From: an uncultured Clostridia bacterium
GTDB lineage: Bacteria > Bacillota > Clostridia > Tissierellales > Sedimentibacteraceae
Direction of reading: 5' to 3'
NCBI GenBank assembly: GCA_964501385.1
Contig: CAZCTI010000001.1
Span: forward strand, 9,159 to 73,158
DNA: 64,000 bases
Each line of letters opens with the position of its first letter. The stretch's first letter is position 1. Positions 32,717 through 42,145 of the stretch are shown here, in pieces. Made by a program: the position numbers and the translations under genes. Below the pieces are notes generated by a model. That model was not told the origin of the DNA. It worked only from the letters and a program-made list of their open reading frames with translations, and ran no database searches.

Positions 32717-33400
32717 TTAACATAAATCCAAGTAGTTTACTCCATCTTCCGGCATAATAATTTTAATGCTGTTATCCTTATAACTTCCTAAAACAAACAA
32801 TGTATAATGCATTTTTGGTGCTGCATCTATCCAATAATCCAATATATTATTGCCTTCAAGTGTCTTTAATTGAAGGGTATATCTTCCCGAAGGAATTACT
32901 ACATTACATGATACTCTTCCATAATTAATATCGGAAAACAATACAGTCCCATCTGAATCCATCAAAACAGCTTCAGGTATATCCACGCACAAATTTGCTA
33001 ATCTTAATGCTGCCATATTGCCCGTCATATGGTGTGCTTTTTCTTCAGGAACCATTAAAACACAAATTTCATCAGTTTCATGTTCCAAAGATACAACGCC
33101 TGTGTACACTAAGTTATAATCTATATCTATATCAGATTCAAACAATATATTATTTTCTCCTGAATATATTAATATATGGTAAGAGCCGGGAGGAAATTTT
33201 ACATACTTAGTGAATTCGCCGATATTTAATTTTTCTGCCATAAGTATATCATTAATTTGTATATCCAAAGGTTCATCAATAGTATTAAGTAATCTTAAAT
33301 ATGACTTTTTACAAAAGCAGCTCCCCATCATCACAGCATAATCAGTGTATCCGTAATATGGAAACTGATATATATTGTAATATTTATTTATATCAAACAT
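32717..33400 (-). CDS. DUF4397-domain protein, probably sporulation-associated
   Basis: Two repeats of the RL.N...D...Y....G.Y beta-sandwich pattern; sigma-K-like promoter AC-N16-CATATAATG at 33421-33447. Confidence 0.7.
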   Translation of the reverse strand: MFDINKYYNIYQFPYYGYTDYAVMMGSCFCKKSYLRLLNTIDEPLDIQINDILMAEKLNIGEFTKYVKFPPGSYHILIYSGENNILFESDIDIDYNLVYTGVVSLEHETDEICVLMVPEEKAHHMTGNMAALRLANLCVDIPEAVLMDSDGTVLFSDINYGRVSCNVVIPSGRYTLQLKTLEGNNILDYWIDAAPKMHYTLFVLGSYKDNSIKIIMPEDGVNYLDLC

Positions 33401-33456
33401 AATTTCACCCCTTTCAAAACATTATATGAAAAGGGGTATTAAACGTTCAATTACCG

Positions 33457-33591
33457 TTATATGAAGGTTTCCGGAAATTGTATGTATTCGACAATAATAG
33501 ACACAAATTTTTCTAAACCTACTTTATCTTCTTCATCAAAATGTCCTAATAAAGGGCTGTCTATATCAAGTACCCCTATCAATCTACTACC
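33457..33591 (-). pseudogene. C-terminal remnant of a GAF-domain protein (MsrC/YebR-like)
   Basis: Minus frame reads GSRLIGVLDIDSPLLGHFDEEDKVGLEKFVSIIVEYIQFPETFI*; the 5' part is replaced by repeat sequence. Confidence 0.8.
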
Positions 33592-33635
33592 CAGTGGGGA
33601 CTACCCAGTACCCAGTGGGGACGGTTCTCGCCGGA
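33587..33635. repeat. Stuttered ctacccagtggggac repeat with a ggggacggttctc motif
   Basis: tacccagt x3, ccagtggggac x2 at the pseudogene breakpoint. Confidence 0.75.
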
Positions 33636-33798
33636 CAAAACTAACAGATTGGTTCACCAATTGTCTTTTCTTATTATAAAATAATTATACAATATTATAA
33701 TAATCTTACAAGCAAAAAGTCCCCTTGACGGGAACTTGTATAACTAATCCTATTATTTCTGTATATATTTTTACAGTTGTAAACAACTTTTTTAAGAA

Positions 33799-36210
33799 TT
33801 ACTTTACAACTATATTATAGATTTTCCCAGGCACATATATTTCTTTTACTATTGTTTTTCCTTCAATATATTTTGAAATATTTTCATCAGCCATTACCAA
33901 TCCTCTTGCTGTTTCAACATCTGCATCTTTAGCCAACACTATTTTTCCTCTTACCTTGCCGCTTATTTGAACAGGAAGCTCTATAACATCATCAATTGTT
34001 TTATCTTCATCAAAAGATGGCCATTCTGCTTGATTTAACATACCTTCAAATCCTTGGCTCTCCCATATTTCTTCTGTTATATGAGGTGCTACAGGATTTA
34101 ACAATGTTATAATGGATTTAAATTCATCTTTAGTTATGCTTTCATCATTGAAAATTTCATTAACAAAACTCATCATTGCTGCAATTGCGGTATTGAATTT
34201 CATTGCTTCGTAATCTTCACTTACTTTTTTAATAGTTTTATGCATAAGGGTTAAATGCTTTTGTGAATATCCTTTTTCATCGGTAATCATTTCCTGCATT
34301 TTCCATACTCTGTCTAAAAATCTTTTACAGCCCTTTACACTTGAATCATTCCAAATGGCATATTTTTCATAATCACCGATAAACATTATATAAGTTCTTA
34401 ATGTATCAGCTCCGAACTCATCAATTATATCGTTAGGATTTACAACATTACCTCTTGATTTGGACATTTTTTCACCATCCGCCCCAAGAATCAAACCTTG
34501 TGCCGTACGTTTCGCATAAGGCTCAGCAAATGGAACAGCACCTATATCGTATAGGAATTTATGCCAAAATCTTGAATAAATCAAGTGTCTTGTAACATGC
34601 TCCATGCCTCCGTTATACCAATCAACAGGTCCCCAATACTCAAATTTTTCTTTTGATGCTATTTCCTCTTTGTTGTGTGGGTCTATATATCTTAAGAAAT
34701 ACCACGAAGAACCTGCCCATTGTGGCATTGTATCAGTTTCTCTTTTGGCATCCTCACCACAAATAGGACATTTCACATTAACCCATTCCGTAATATTTGC
34801 CAAGGGTGATTCTCCCGTATCTGTTGGTTGATAATGTTCCACGTCAGGCAATAACAAAGGAAGCTCTTCTTCTGGTACGGTAACCATGCCGCAATGAGGA
34901 CAATGAATTATAGGAATAGGCTCTCCCCAGTATCTTTGTCTGTTAAATGCCCAGTCCTTCATTTTATAATTTGTTTTTCTTTCGCCTAATTTATTTGTTT
35001 CCAAATAATCAGTAATTTTTTCAATTGCATCTTTTACTCTCAAGCCGTCAATCATACCGGAGTTAATAAGTATACCATCTTCAACATCTGTAAATGCAGC
35101 TTCTTCAATATTTCCTCCGCTAATTACTTCAATTATAGGAATATTAAATTTCTTTGCAAACTCCCAGTCTCTTTGGTCATGTCCGGGAACACCCATAACT
35201 GCTCCTGTTCCATAACCCATCATAACATAGTCTGCTACCCAAACCTGTACTTCCTTGCCGTTAACAGGATTAATTGCAGTTAAACCTTTAATTTCTACAC
35301 CTGTTTTATCTTTTGCAAGCTGTACTCTTTCAAATTCTGTTTTCTTTCTTGATTCTTCCTGATAATTTTGTATTTCATCAAAATTATTAATTTTATGTCT
35401 ATATTTTTCAATATAAGGATGCTCAGGAGCCATTACCATAAATGTAACACCATATAAAGTATCCGGTCTTGTTGTAAATACCCTTATATTATCAACGGTA
35501 CCATTTAATTTAAAATCAACCTCTGCACCATAAGAACGACCTATCCAGTTTTCCTGTTCCAGTCTTATTCTTGGCAAATAATCAACTTCATTAAGCCCTT
35601 CTAATAGCTTATCTGCATATTCCCTTATTTTCAAAAACCAAACATCCTTTTCCATCTGCACAACTTGACTGCCACATCTGTCGCATATACCATTTTGTGA
35701 ATCTTCGTTGGCAAGTACAACCCTGCAGCTATTACAGAAATTTACATATGTTTTATCTTTGAATGCAAGCCCATGCTTAAATAACTGAAGGAATATCCAT
35801 TGAGTCCATTTATAATAATCAGGATCTGTAGTATCAACAGTTCTTGACCAGTCAAATGAATATCCGGCAGCTTTTAACTGAGAAGTGAAAACCTTAATAT
35901 TATCATCTGTAACCTTTCTTGGATGCTTCCCTGTTTGCATTGCATAGTTTTCGGTAGGAAGTCCAAAAGCATCCCAACCTATAGGAAACAGTACATTGTA
36001 TCCTTCTAATCTTCTTTTTCTTGATATTACCTCAAGAGATGTGTAAGCACGTATATGACCTACATGCAGACCTACTCCTGATGGATATGGAAATTCCACA
36101 AGACCATAAAATTTCTTCTGGTCTGTATTGTCTTTCGCTTTAAATGTTTCATTTTTTTCCCATATATCCTGCCACTTTTTTTCAATAGCTTGTGGATTGT
36201 ATGATTTCAT
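33799..36210 (-). CDS. leuS: Leucyl-tRNA synthetase
   Basis: FPYPSGVGLHVGH, FTTRPDT, KMSKS. Confidence 0.98.
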   Translation of the reverse strand: MKSYNPQAIEKKWQDIWEKNETFKAKDNTDQKKFYGLVEFPYPSGVGLHVGHIRAYTSLEVISRKRRLEGYNVLFPIGWDAFGLPTENYAMQTGKHPRKVTDDNIKVFTSQLKAAGYSFDWSRTVDTTDPDYYKWTQWIFLQLFKHGLAFKDKTYVNFCNSCRVVLANEDSQNGICDRCGSQVVQMEKDVWFLKIREYADKLLEGLNEVDYLPRIRLEQENWIGRSYGAEVDFKLNGTVDNIRVFTTRPDTLYGVTFMVMAPEHPYIEKYRHKINNFDEIQNYQEESRKKTEFERVQLAKDKTGVEIKGLTAINPVNGKEVQVWVADYVMMGYGTGAVMGVPGHDQRDWEFAKKFNIPIIEVISGGNIEEAAFTDVEDGILINSGMIDGLRVKDAIEKITDYLETNKLGERKTNYKMKDWAFNRQRYWGEPIPIIHCPHCGMVTVPEEELPLLLPDVEHYQPTDTGESPLANITEWVNVKCPICGEDAKRETDTMPQWAGSSWYFLRYIDPHNKEEIASKEKFEYWGPVDWYNGGMEHVTRHLIYSRFWHKFLYDIGAVPFAEPYAKRTAQGLILGADGEKMSKSRGNVVNPNDIIDEFGADTLRTYIMFIGDYEKYAIWNDSSVKGCKRFLDRVWKMQEMITDEKGYSQKHLTLMHKTIKKVSEDYEAMKFNTAIAAMMSFVNEIFNDESITKDEFKSIITLLNPVAPHITEEIWESQGFEGMLNQAEWPSFDEDKTIDDVIELPVQISGKVRGKIVLAKDADVETARGLVMADENISKYIEGKTIVKEIYVPGKIYNIVVK

Positions 36211-36307
36211 TTTTTTCCTCCATCTTTTTATATTCGACTCACTTACTAAATTATCTGCTGCTTAGGGCAGCACAGTCTCGTTCACCAAAAATCTGCTCTT
36301 TTGGCAA

Positions 36308-36520
36308 ATAAAAAATCCCCATCCTGCTGGGACGAAGATTCCGCGGTACCACCCAAATTAAGCATAAGCCTCACTCAATATTATAACGGTATAACCGTTT
36401 GAAACTACTTTGTTCGCTTCAAATACTCATGGACGAGTTCAGTTTTAACAAATACCGTCTCACACCATCCGACGGCTCTCTTAAATTGTTTAAAAACCTA
36501 CTACTTCCAATCACAGTATG
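36308..36520 (-). promoter_or_regulatory. T-box riboswitch leader of leuS (Leu specifier CUC)
   Basis: Minus strand: AGAGAGCCG..GGTGTGAGA stem I, GAA-CTC specifier (36435-36437), T-box GGGTGGTACCGCG (36342-36354), terminator tccc-agcaggatg-ggga-TTTTT. Confidence 0.92.
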
Positions 36521-36589
36521 TATTAACTTAAAATCGATTATATCAAAACAAATATTGTAATGCAATAACAAATTGTAAATCTTTACAAA

Positions 36590-36623
36590 AATACTATTCA
36601 AATACTATTCAAATACTATTCAT
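36590..36623. repeat. Tandem repeat, 11 bp x3
   Basis: (aatactattca)3. Confidence 0.85.
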
Positions 36624-36679
36624 TATTTTAATTTTTGTTACATCTGTTTCTATGAAAGCATCTTACTTTAAAAATCTTC

Positions 36680-36780
36680 GTGACATACTCCCACCACTTA
36701 TAGATGTGGGGGCTTCTCGTTCGAGCAATCTAATGATTGTAGCATAAGCGATGAGTACACTTTATAGGTACTCATTTCTA
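36680..36780 (-). mobile_element. Orphan IS200/IS605-family right end (omega-RNA 3' scaffold remnant)
   Basis: Minus strand ...gaagcccccacatctataagtggtgggagtatgTCAC hairpin ending in TCAC; upstream hairpin gaaatgagtac..gtactcat; no tnpA/tnpB. Confidence 0.75.
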
Positions 36781-36791
36781 ATTTTTAATTT

Positions 36792-37142
36792 TTATTCTTT
36801 TTCACATCTTTTTCTATGGCAGCATCTTTTACCGTGAAAATCCTCTCCGTCACAAAGCTTATATTCACCGCCTTCTATTCTTAACACTTTCCCGTTTACC
36901 AATGATTCAGCTATTTTTTTTCTTGCTTCCTGGTAAATACCCTGCACAGTGGTTCTTGCTACATTCATCTGATTTGAGCATTCTTCTTGTGTTAACCCTT
37001 CCAAATCTATTAATCTTATTGTTTCATATTCATCTACTGACATAATTACAAAATATTCATTATCTACAGGTGGATCCAAAGGTCCAAAACGATTTACATC
37101 CGGTAAACAGCATACTTTTCTCCATTTTCTTGGTCTTGGCAT
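36792..37142 (-). CDS. DUF134 (UPF0251) HTH DNA-binding protein
   Basis: [56 protein letters not shown]; Cys/His tail. Confidence 0.93.
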   Translation of the reverse strand: MPRPRKWRKVCCLPDVNRFGPLDPPVDNEYFVIMSVDEYETIRLIDLEGLTQEECSNQMNVARTTVQGIYQEARKKIAESLVNGKVLRIEGGEYKLCDGEDFHGKRCCHRKRCEKE

Positions 37143-37275
37143 TTTTACACCTCTCTTCATATGATATTCTTATTATATCCAATTTATTGCTCATGTCAAG
37201 GAATTCCAAAATCAAGGTACGTATTCAGTGATGATTTTCTGTTTCATAGCAGAATTTGCAATATAATTTATTTAA

Positions 37276-37842
37276 TCATAATCCAATTGTTTTCATTGAT
37301 GTATCATAACAAAGTACAAATAATTTGCTCCCGTGGAATTCAAATTCCTTAACTACATCAATGCCTAATTTTCTTGAATGAGCTTGAAATGACCTTTGAT
37401 TAGTTTGGTTTACATAAGTTACTAAAATCGGGTATCTGTCCTTCATTAAAATCCTTGAAGCTTCAAACAAATTCGATAAAACTTCTGTCCCTCTGTAATC
37501 TTTATGTATGCAGGCAGGTCCATATTGATAACAATTATTTACTGACAGTGCGGTACCCTTATACTTAATATTAGGCAAGTCATCAATCATAGGCAAAAAC
37601 ACAGGCCATGCAGCCCAAAACTGCCAAGATGCAGAGTTGGCAAAACCTACAACCCTGTCCCCATCGCAGGCTACAGCTAAACCCTTTTCTTCTTCTATAA
37701 GTCTTTTAAGTTTATTTGCAGAAAAAAATGTTGTAATAAATCCACCGGGCTTATCCTCATCACTGATTGAATCTTTGTGATATTTTTTCTCAAGCAATAT
37801 AATGCCGGGAATATCTTTTAATATAGCACTTCGGTAATCCAT
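37276..37842 (-). CDS. GNAT-family acetyltransferase
   Basis: YQYGPACIHKDYRG, N.RS..AH..KLG motif; GGAGG RBS. Confidence 0.8.
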   Translation of the reverse strand: MDYRSAILKDIPGIILLEKKYHKDSISDEDKPGGFITTFFSANKLKRLIEEEKGLAVACDGDRVVGFANSASWQFWAAWPVFLPMIDDLPNIKYKGTALSVNNCYQYGPACIHKDYRGTEVLSNLFEASRILMKDRYPILVTYVNQTNQRSFQAHSRKLGIDVVKEFEFHGSKLFVLCYDTSMKTIGL

Positions 37843-38053
37843 GATAGATTTCCTCCTGATACATTGATAATAAAATAATACTATCTTCTACTTCTTCAAT
37901 TATAAGCATTATGATAATAAACTACAACAAAAAGCTGATAAGATTTTTAAATTGAAAAATTCTGATAAAAAAACTCTATTAATAATTTGTTATTTCCTAT
38001 TTAAAAAATTGTTTTTTATTGAATTTATATATTAATTATGATATAGTTTCTTC

Positions 38054-38114
38054 GTGACTATTAAACTGAATTAATAAAAATACACCCCTTATGGTGGGCA
38101 TAAGGGGGTATTTT
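38054..38114 (+). ncRNA. Putative type I antitoxin RNA (about 60 nt)
   Basis: TTGAAT(38019)-N17-TATAGT(38042) with TGn extension, then an ORF-less stretch to the strong hairpin at 38078-38114. Confidence 0.5.
38076..38114. terminator. Bidirectional terminator
   Basis: aaaaatac-a-ccccttatg-gtggg-cataagggg-gtatttt. Confidence 0.85.
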
Positions 38115-38121
38115 ATAAACA

Positions 38122-38202
38122 TTATTGCAGTAGACGTTCAAATGTTTTTAGTGCAGCAACTACTACAATTGCAATGATAAGTGGTATAAAACTGTTCGGC
38201 AA
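38122..38202 (-). CDS. 26-aa hydrophobic peptide, putative type I toxin (Fst/Ldr-like)
   Basis: AAAGGAGGTGA RBS, TTG start, MPNSFIPLIIAIVVVAALKTFERLLQ*; promoter TTGTAA-N17-TAATAT at 38277-38249. Confidence 0.7.
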   Translation of the reverse strand: MPNSFIPLIIAIVVVAALKTFERLLQ

Positions 38203-38437
38203 AATAGTCACCTCCTTTCAATGCTGAATCATTGAAGTTTGTGCATAAATATTATCATACCTCTTCGTTTCTTACAATTCATATATGCTTATCACTTATT
38301 TTATAATGTTTTAAATTTAAAAAGAGGACAATCATTTGAATGAGTGCCCACTTACTCCTAAAAATTATTAAATCATATCTAAAATGAATTTAATGACTTT
38401 TAATAAGTATAAAGGCACTTTAGAATATAACTTACAT

Positions 38438-38590
38438 ATAAAAATGGACATCCAATAAACGGCTATCCACCCTGATAGACTAACTCTCACATAAGAACAT
38501 CATATCCTTACAAGACTTAGATGTCTTACTCCGCATAGATCGTTTTCACAATAAATGCTTTGACCGCTAGGAATATTTACTTCTACTATT
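38438..38590 (-). ncRNA. Candidate orphan small RNA (about 145 nt)
   Basis: TTGACA(38619)-N17-TATATT, GC-richer body, terminal hairpin tggat..cc...gg.tgtcca plus T-run. Confidence 0.4.
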
Positions 38591-38743
38591 AATATATACC
38601 ATATTTGGTAAAATGTCAATGTTATTTATTCGGCAAATGCCACCTTCCTGTCATTTTAAACAAAATATCTTATGTTTGTTATGCTTCAATTATTAGCTTA
38701 AATAATGTATAATTAAGCTAACACAAAAACACCGGAGGGCACT

Positions 38744-38914
38744 ATGGAAACTATGAATAAAAAAGTTTATTTCGCATCCACAACATATGCATTGATTACA
38801 GGTTTATCTTTTTTATTTCGGAAGGTAGCATTAAACATAACAGATCCATTAAACTTATTGGCACATCGATTTAAAACTTATTTTCAACAAAAAAATGCAT
38901 TTCATCGCCGTTAG
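38744..38914 (+). pseudogene. Truncated DMT/EamA transporter N-terminus
   Basis: GGAGG RBS; METMNKKVYFASTTYALITGLSFLFRKVALNITDPLNLLAHRF, then divergence and stop. Confidence 0.7.
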
Positions 38915-39005
38915 GCATCACATAATGCATTTCTTTGTGCTTATTCAATTTATATACATTTTGATATTACTAAGCTGACCTTTGTGATATAGATGTTTTA
39001 ATAAG

Positions 39006-39344
39006 TTACATACTTATTACATCATATCCATCTTCTATGTATTTCTTCATTCCAGCGTGTCCTGACATATCATTTAACATAGGCAGACCTGACTTTAAGT
39101 TAGCATCATATACACCAAGAACTTTTGAACATGCTAAGCAAATCCCAGCTATTAAATCTGCTTCTTTTGCCTTTTTGTAAAGGGGGTTGTTTTCCTCTTC
39201 AAATATTGAAATCAGTTTTACAGATGCCCCTTCAAATATTATCGTTACATCTTCTCCGGCAATACTCAAATCTAATGCATTCATCAAAATATGCTGAAAA
39301 CACATCTTTTCACCGGTCATTCCATAAAATAAAATCTTTTTCAT
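39006..39344 (-). CDS. DsrE/DsrF-like small protein
   Basis: CFQH.LMNALDL, IIFEG.SV, CLACS, GHAG. Confidence 0.7.
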   Translation of the reverse strand: MKKILFYGMTGEKMCFQHILMNALDLSIAGEDVTIIFEGASVKLISIFEEENNPLYKKAKEADLIAGICLACSKVLGVYDANLKSGLPMLNDMSGHAGMKKYIEDGYDVISM

Positions 39345-39359
39345 ACTTATCCCTCTTTC

Positions 39360-40364
39360 TTAGTCTACCAGAAAATAATACAGTAAACCATTTTTAATTT
39401 CATAATCAACTTTTCCTAAAGCACGAAGTCTTTCTAAATGGGCATGTGCTTCTCCAGCTGCAAACCATTTTTGAGAATTAGGGAAATCATCCCAGCTTTT
39501 AGAACTGATATCCCAATGCATGTTCTTCGTAACAGTTCTCACTGTTGAGCTGACGTTTTTTTTAAGAGTATTTACTGCTTCATTCAGTCTTATTTCATGA
39601 TGATTTTTTATTTCATCTATTCTTTCTCTATGGTTGTTTACAAGGAATCTATGAGAAGAAAACAGATATTTAATATCCATATTATAAACTTTATCTAAAC
39701 TGTCTATATATTTTCCTAACATATCACCATATTCAAATCCCCAAAATGTAATATTTGGAGTAATTTTTCCTAATATATGGTCTCCGCTAAACAATATTTT
39801 GTGGTCTTTTTCATATAACCCTACTATGCCTGGAGTATGACCTTGAAGGTCTATAATTTCAAAATTATAATCTCCTATTTTAAAGAATTCTCCCGGTTCA
39901 ACAGGTGTGTAATTGAAAAATTCGGGAGCTTGAAACTTAAAGCCCGGATGCGTTTCTAAGCTAACATTGTCCTCACTTAAACCTTGCAGCATTCCGTACT
40001 CAAAAGCTTTTGGCCAAAAATCCCCATCTGCTGAAATGCCACTTTTTAACAGTTCTCCATCTACCTTGCTCATGTATATTTGAACACCCTTTTTTTCTAA
40101 GAAGCTTGCTAATCCCGTATGATCAGAATGCAGGTGGGTCAGAAACAAAGAAGTTTTTTCTAAATCCAAATTTAGAGTGTTGATTGATTCCATCATTATA
40201 TCTTCAATCTCTTTGGTACTAAATCCGGTATCAACTATTAAACTTTGTTCTTCACCTTTAATTATGAAACAATTTAATGATTTCAAGGGATTGCCTTTTA
40301 AAGGTATATCAAATAAATAAATATTTTTGTATACTTCTATCATATGTTTTAATTCGTCCTCCAT
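39360..40364 (-). CDS. MBL-fold metallo-hydrolase
   Basis: VDTG, THLHSDHTG, GHTPG, SGDHIL..ITPNI. Confidence 0.9.
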   Translation of the reverse strand: MEDELKHMIEVYKNIYLFDIPLKGNPLKSLNCFIIKGEEQSLIVDTGFSTKEIEDIMMESINTLNLDLEKTSLFLTHLHSDHTGLASFLEKKGVQIYMSKVDGELLKSGISADGDFWPKAFEYGMLQGLSEDNVSLETHPGFKFQAPEFFNYTPVEPGEFFKIGDYNFEIIDLQGHTPGIVGLYEKDHKILFSGDHILGKITPNITFWGFEYGDMLGKYIDSLDKVYNMDIKYLFSSHRFLVNNHRERIDEIKNHHEIRLNEAVNTLKKNVSSTVRTVTKNMHWDISSKSWDDFPNSQKWFAAGEAHAHLERLRALGKVDYEIKNGLLYYFLVD

Positions 40365-40487
40365 TTAAGATGCTATTTGCTATTATATTATAATAATGTT
40401 TTTTACTCAATTGCCATTTTTTAACAACATTATATAAACAATTGCTGACCATCTTCCGAGAGACAGCAATTCATATGAACTATTATA

Positions 40488-41657
40488 TTATTCTCCCCAT
40501 TTAAGGAGTCTTCTTTCACCTTCAAGGCTTTTAATTTCTGTTATGTCCTGACTTACTTCCAATACTCCTTTGTAAGTACCTTCTGAGTCTCTTAAGGCAA
40601 AGTATTGAATCAATATTATTTTGCCTTTTATATTAATCCAGAATTTTGCTGTATCTTCTTTTCCGTTTCTAAAGCTTTCCACTATTTCTTCAACTATATG
40701 AACACTTTCAGGCGGATGGCAGTTGTTTACGTTCCTGCCTATTACTGCAGGTGACCTTGGGAAAATTCTGTCCTTCGGTCTTGTAAAATATCTTACTTTA
40801 TTGTTTTCATCCACAAATGTCATATCTACTGGTAAGTTGTTAAATATCAAGGCAATTTCTTCAAATGAAAGCTCTCCTGTTTCAGTTTTAAACATATTGT
40901 TACCGAACTCTTTATTCACGTTGTTTTCAATTTCATTTTCCGCCTTTTTATTTATAAACGGGAAATTATATTCAAGACTTTGTTTATGTATTTCATACCA
41001 GTCTGTTTCTTTTAAAACTTCACAAGCAGCAGGATATAGTATAAGTTCTTCTTTTTTCTTAACTCCCAATATTCCAAAAAATAAATTTGCAATAGCAATA
41101 TTTACTCCCTGTGCTGTAGAGCTTTCGTCTTGTAATACTTCCTTTGTTGATTTTAATAAATTTCTCACAACATCATGCAGTGACCACATTATTTTTGTAC
41201 CTTCAAATTTAGGTGCTGTTTTTTCCAAATAAGGAAACAATATATTTTCTTTTTTTAAATAATGATCATTAAATTCATCAAGTTCAATTATTTTTTTTAG
41301 AATTTTTTCTTTTTTGGTTTGTATGTCATCACCTTTAATCAGTTCTTTTATTTCATCTGTCTTTTTTACTAAGCCCTCATTTTCCAAATACATGTCTTTA
41401 AGGAAATTATCATTTTGTGGCATCTCCCACTTATGATTTGACAGCCCTTTATAAAATGCATTGATAACTTTATCTAAAAATACTAATATTTCTTTTGATT
41501 CTATTCCTTCATCCAATAAGTTTTTAAATACTTCAAATGCTTCTTGTGGTTTTACGCATACAATATCGTCTTTGTACTTATTATATAATTCAACACCGTT
41601 TTCATTGTTTTTAATACCAATTACGTACTCGGTAAGCCTAATAATCTTAGCATCCAT
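40488..41657 (-). CDS. DUF438/hemerythrin/PAS-domain protein
   Basis: HYLKKENILFP, MWSLHD, KEELILYP, LPVDMTFVD, NCHPP.S. Confidence 0.88.
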   Translation of the reverse strand: MDAKIIRLTEYVIGIKNNENGVELYNKYKDDIVCVKPQEAFEVFKNLLDEGIESKEILVFLDKVINAFYKGLSNHKWEMPQNDNFLKDMYLENEGLVKKTDEIKELIKGDDIQTKKEKILKKIIELDEFNDHYLKKENILFPYLEKTAPKFEGTKIMWSLHDVVRNLLKSTKEVLQDESSTAQGVNIAIANLFFGILGVKKKEELILYPAACEVLKETDWYEIHKQSLEYNFPFINKKAENEIENNVNKEFGNNMFKTETGELSFEEIALIFNNLPVDMTFVDENNKVRYFTRPKDRIFPRSPAVIGRNVNNCHPPESVHIVEEIVESFRNGKEDTAKFWINIKGKIILIQYFALRDSEGTYKGVLEVSQDITEIKSLEGERRLLKWGE

Positions 41658-41787
41658 ACCATCACCTCATATAAAAATTGCAGATATTGTTTTTATTATA
41701 TGATAAATTTTACCAATTAACAATCAATAAAAAAGGACGATTACTGATTGCAATGCAAATCCTAAGAAATCGTCCTGCTTCTTTATA

Positions 41788-42144
41788 TTACTCTCCACAT
41801 TCATCGTGATGCTGATGTTCATGGCAAATGGAACCTGTTGATTTCAAATTTCCTTTTAAATATTCCTCTACAGCCATTTTTGCTTTGCCATTAGCACCTG
41901 TTATTACTTCAATTCCTTTATCATTGAATATTTCAACTGCACCACCGCCCATTCCTCCGGATATAATTACATTTACACCCATATCATTTAAAAAGTTTGG
42001 AAGAAAACCAGGCCTGTGACCCGGATTTTTAATTGAATCAGAGCTTATTATTTTATTTCCTTCTGTTTCAAAAATATTAAAATTTTCACAATGTCCAAAG
42101 TGTCCTGTCACCATTTCTCTTTCGCTTGCTACTGCTATTTTCAT
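41788..42144 (-). CDS. NifB/NifX (MTH1175/ORP)-family protein
   Basis: MKIAVA, HFGHC, ISGGMG, His/Cys tail. Confidence 0.9.
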   Translation of the reverse strand: MKIAVASEREMVTGHFGHCENFNIFETEGNKIISSDSIKNPGHRPGFLPNFLNDMGVNVIISGGMGGGAVEIFNDKGIEVITGANGKAKMAVEEYLKGNLKSTGSICHEHQHHDECGE

Positions 42145-42145
42145 G

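Noticed and set aside
33461-33679. 72-aa plus-strand ORF
   Set aside because: Antisense shadow of the GAF pseudogene and repeat
37935-37952. Possible target of the orphan omega-RNA guide (aagatttttaaa)
   Set aside because: Only a 12-nt AT-rich match with a first-position mismatch; expected by chance
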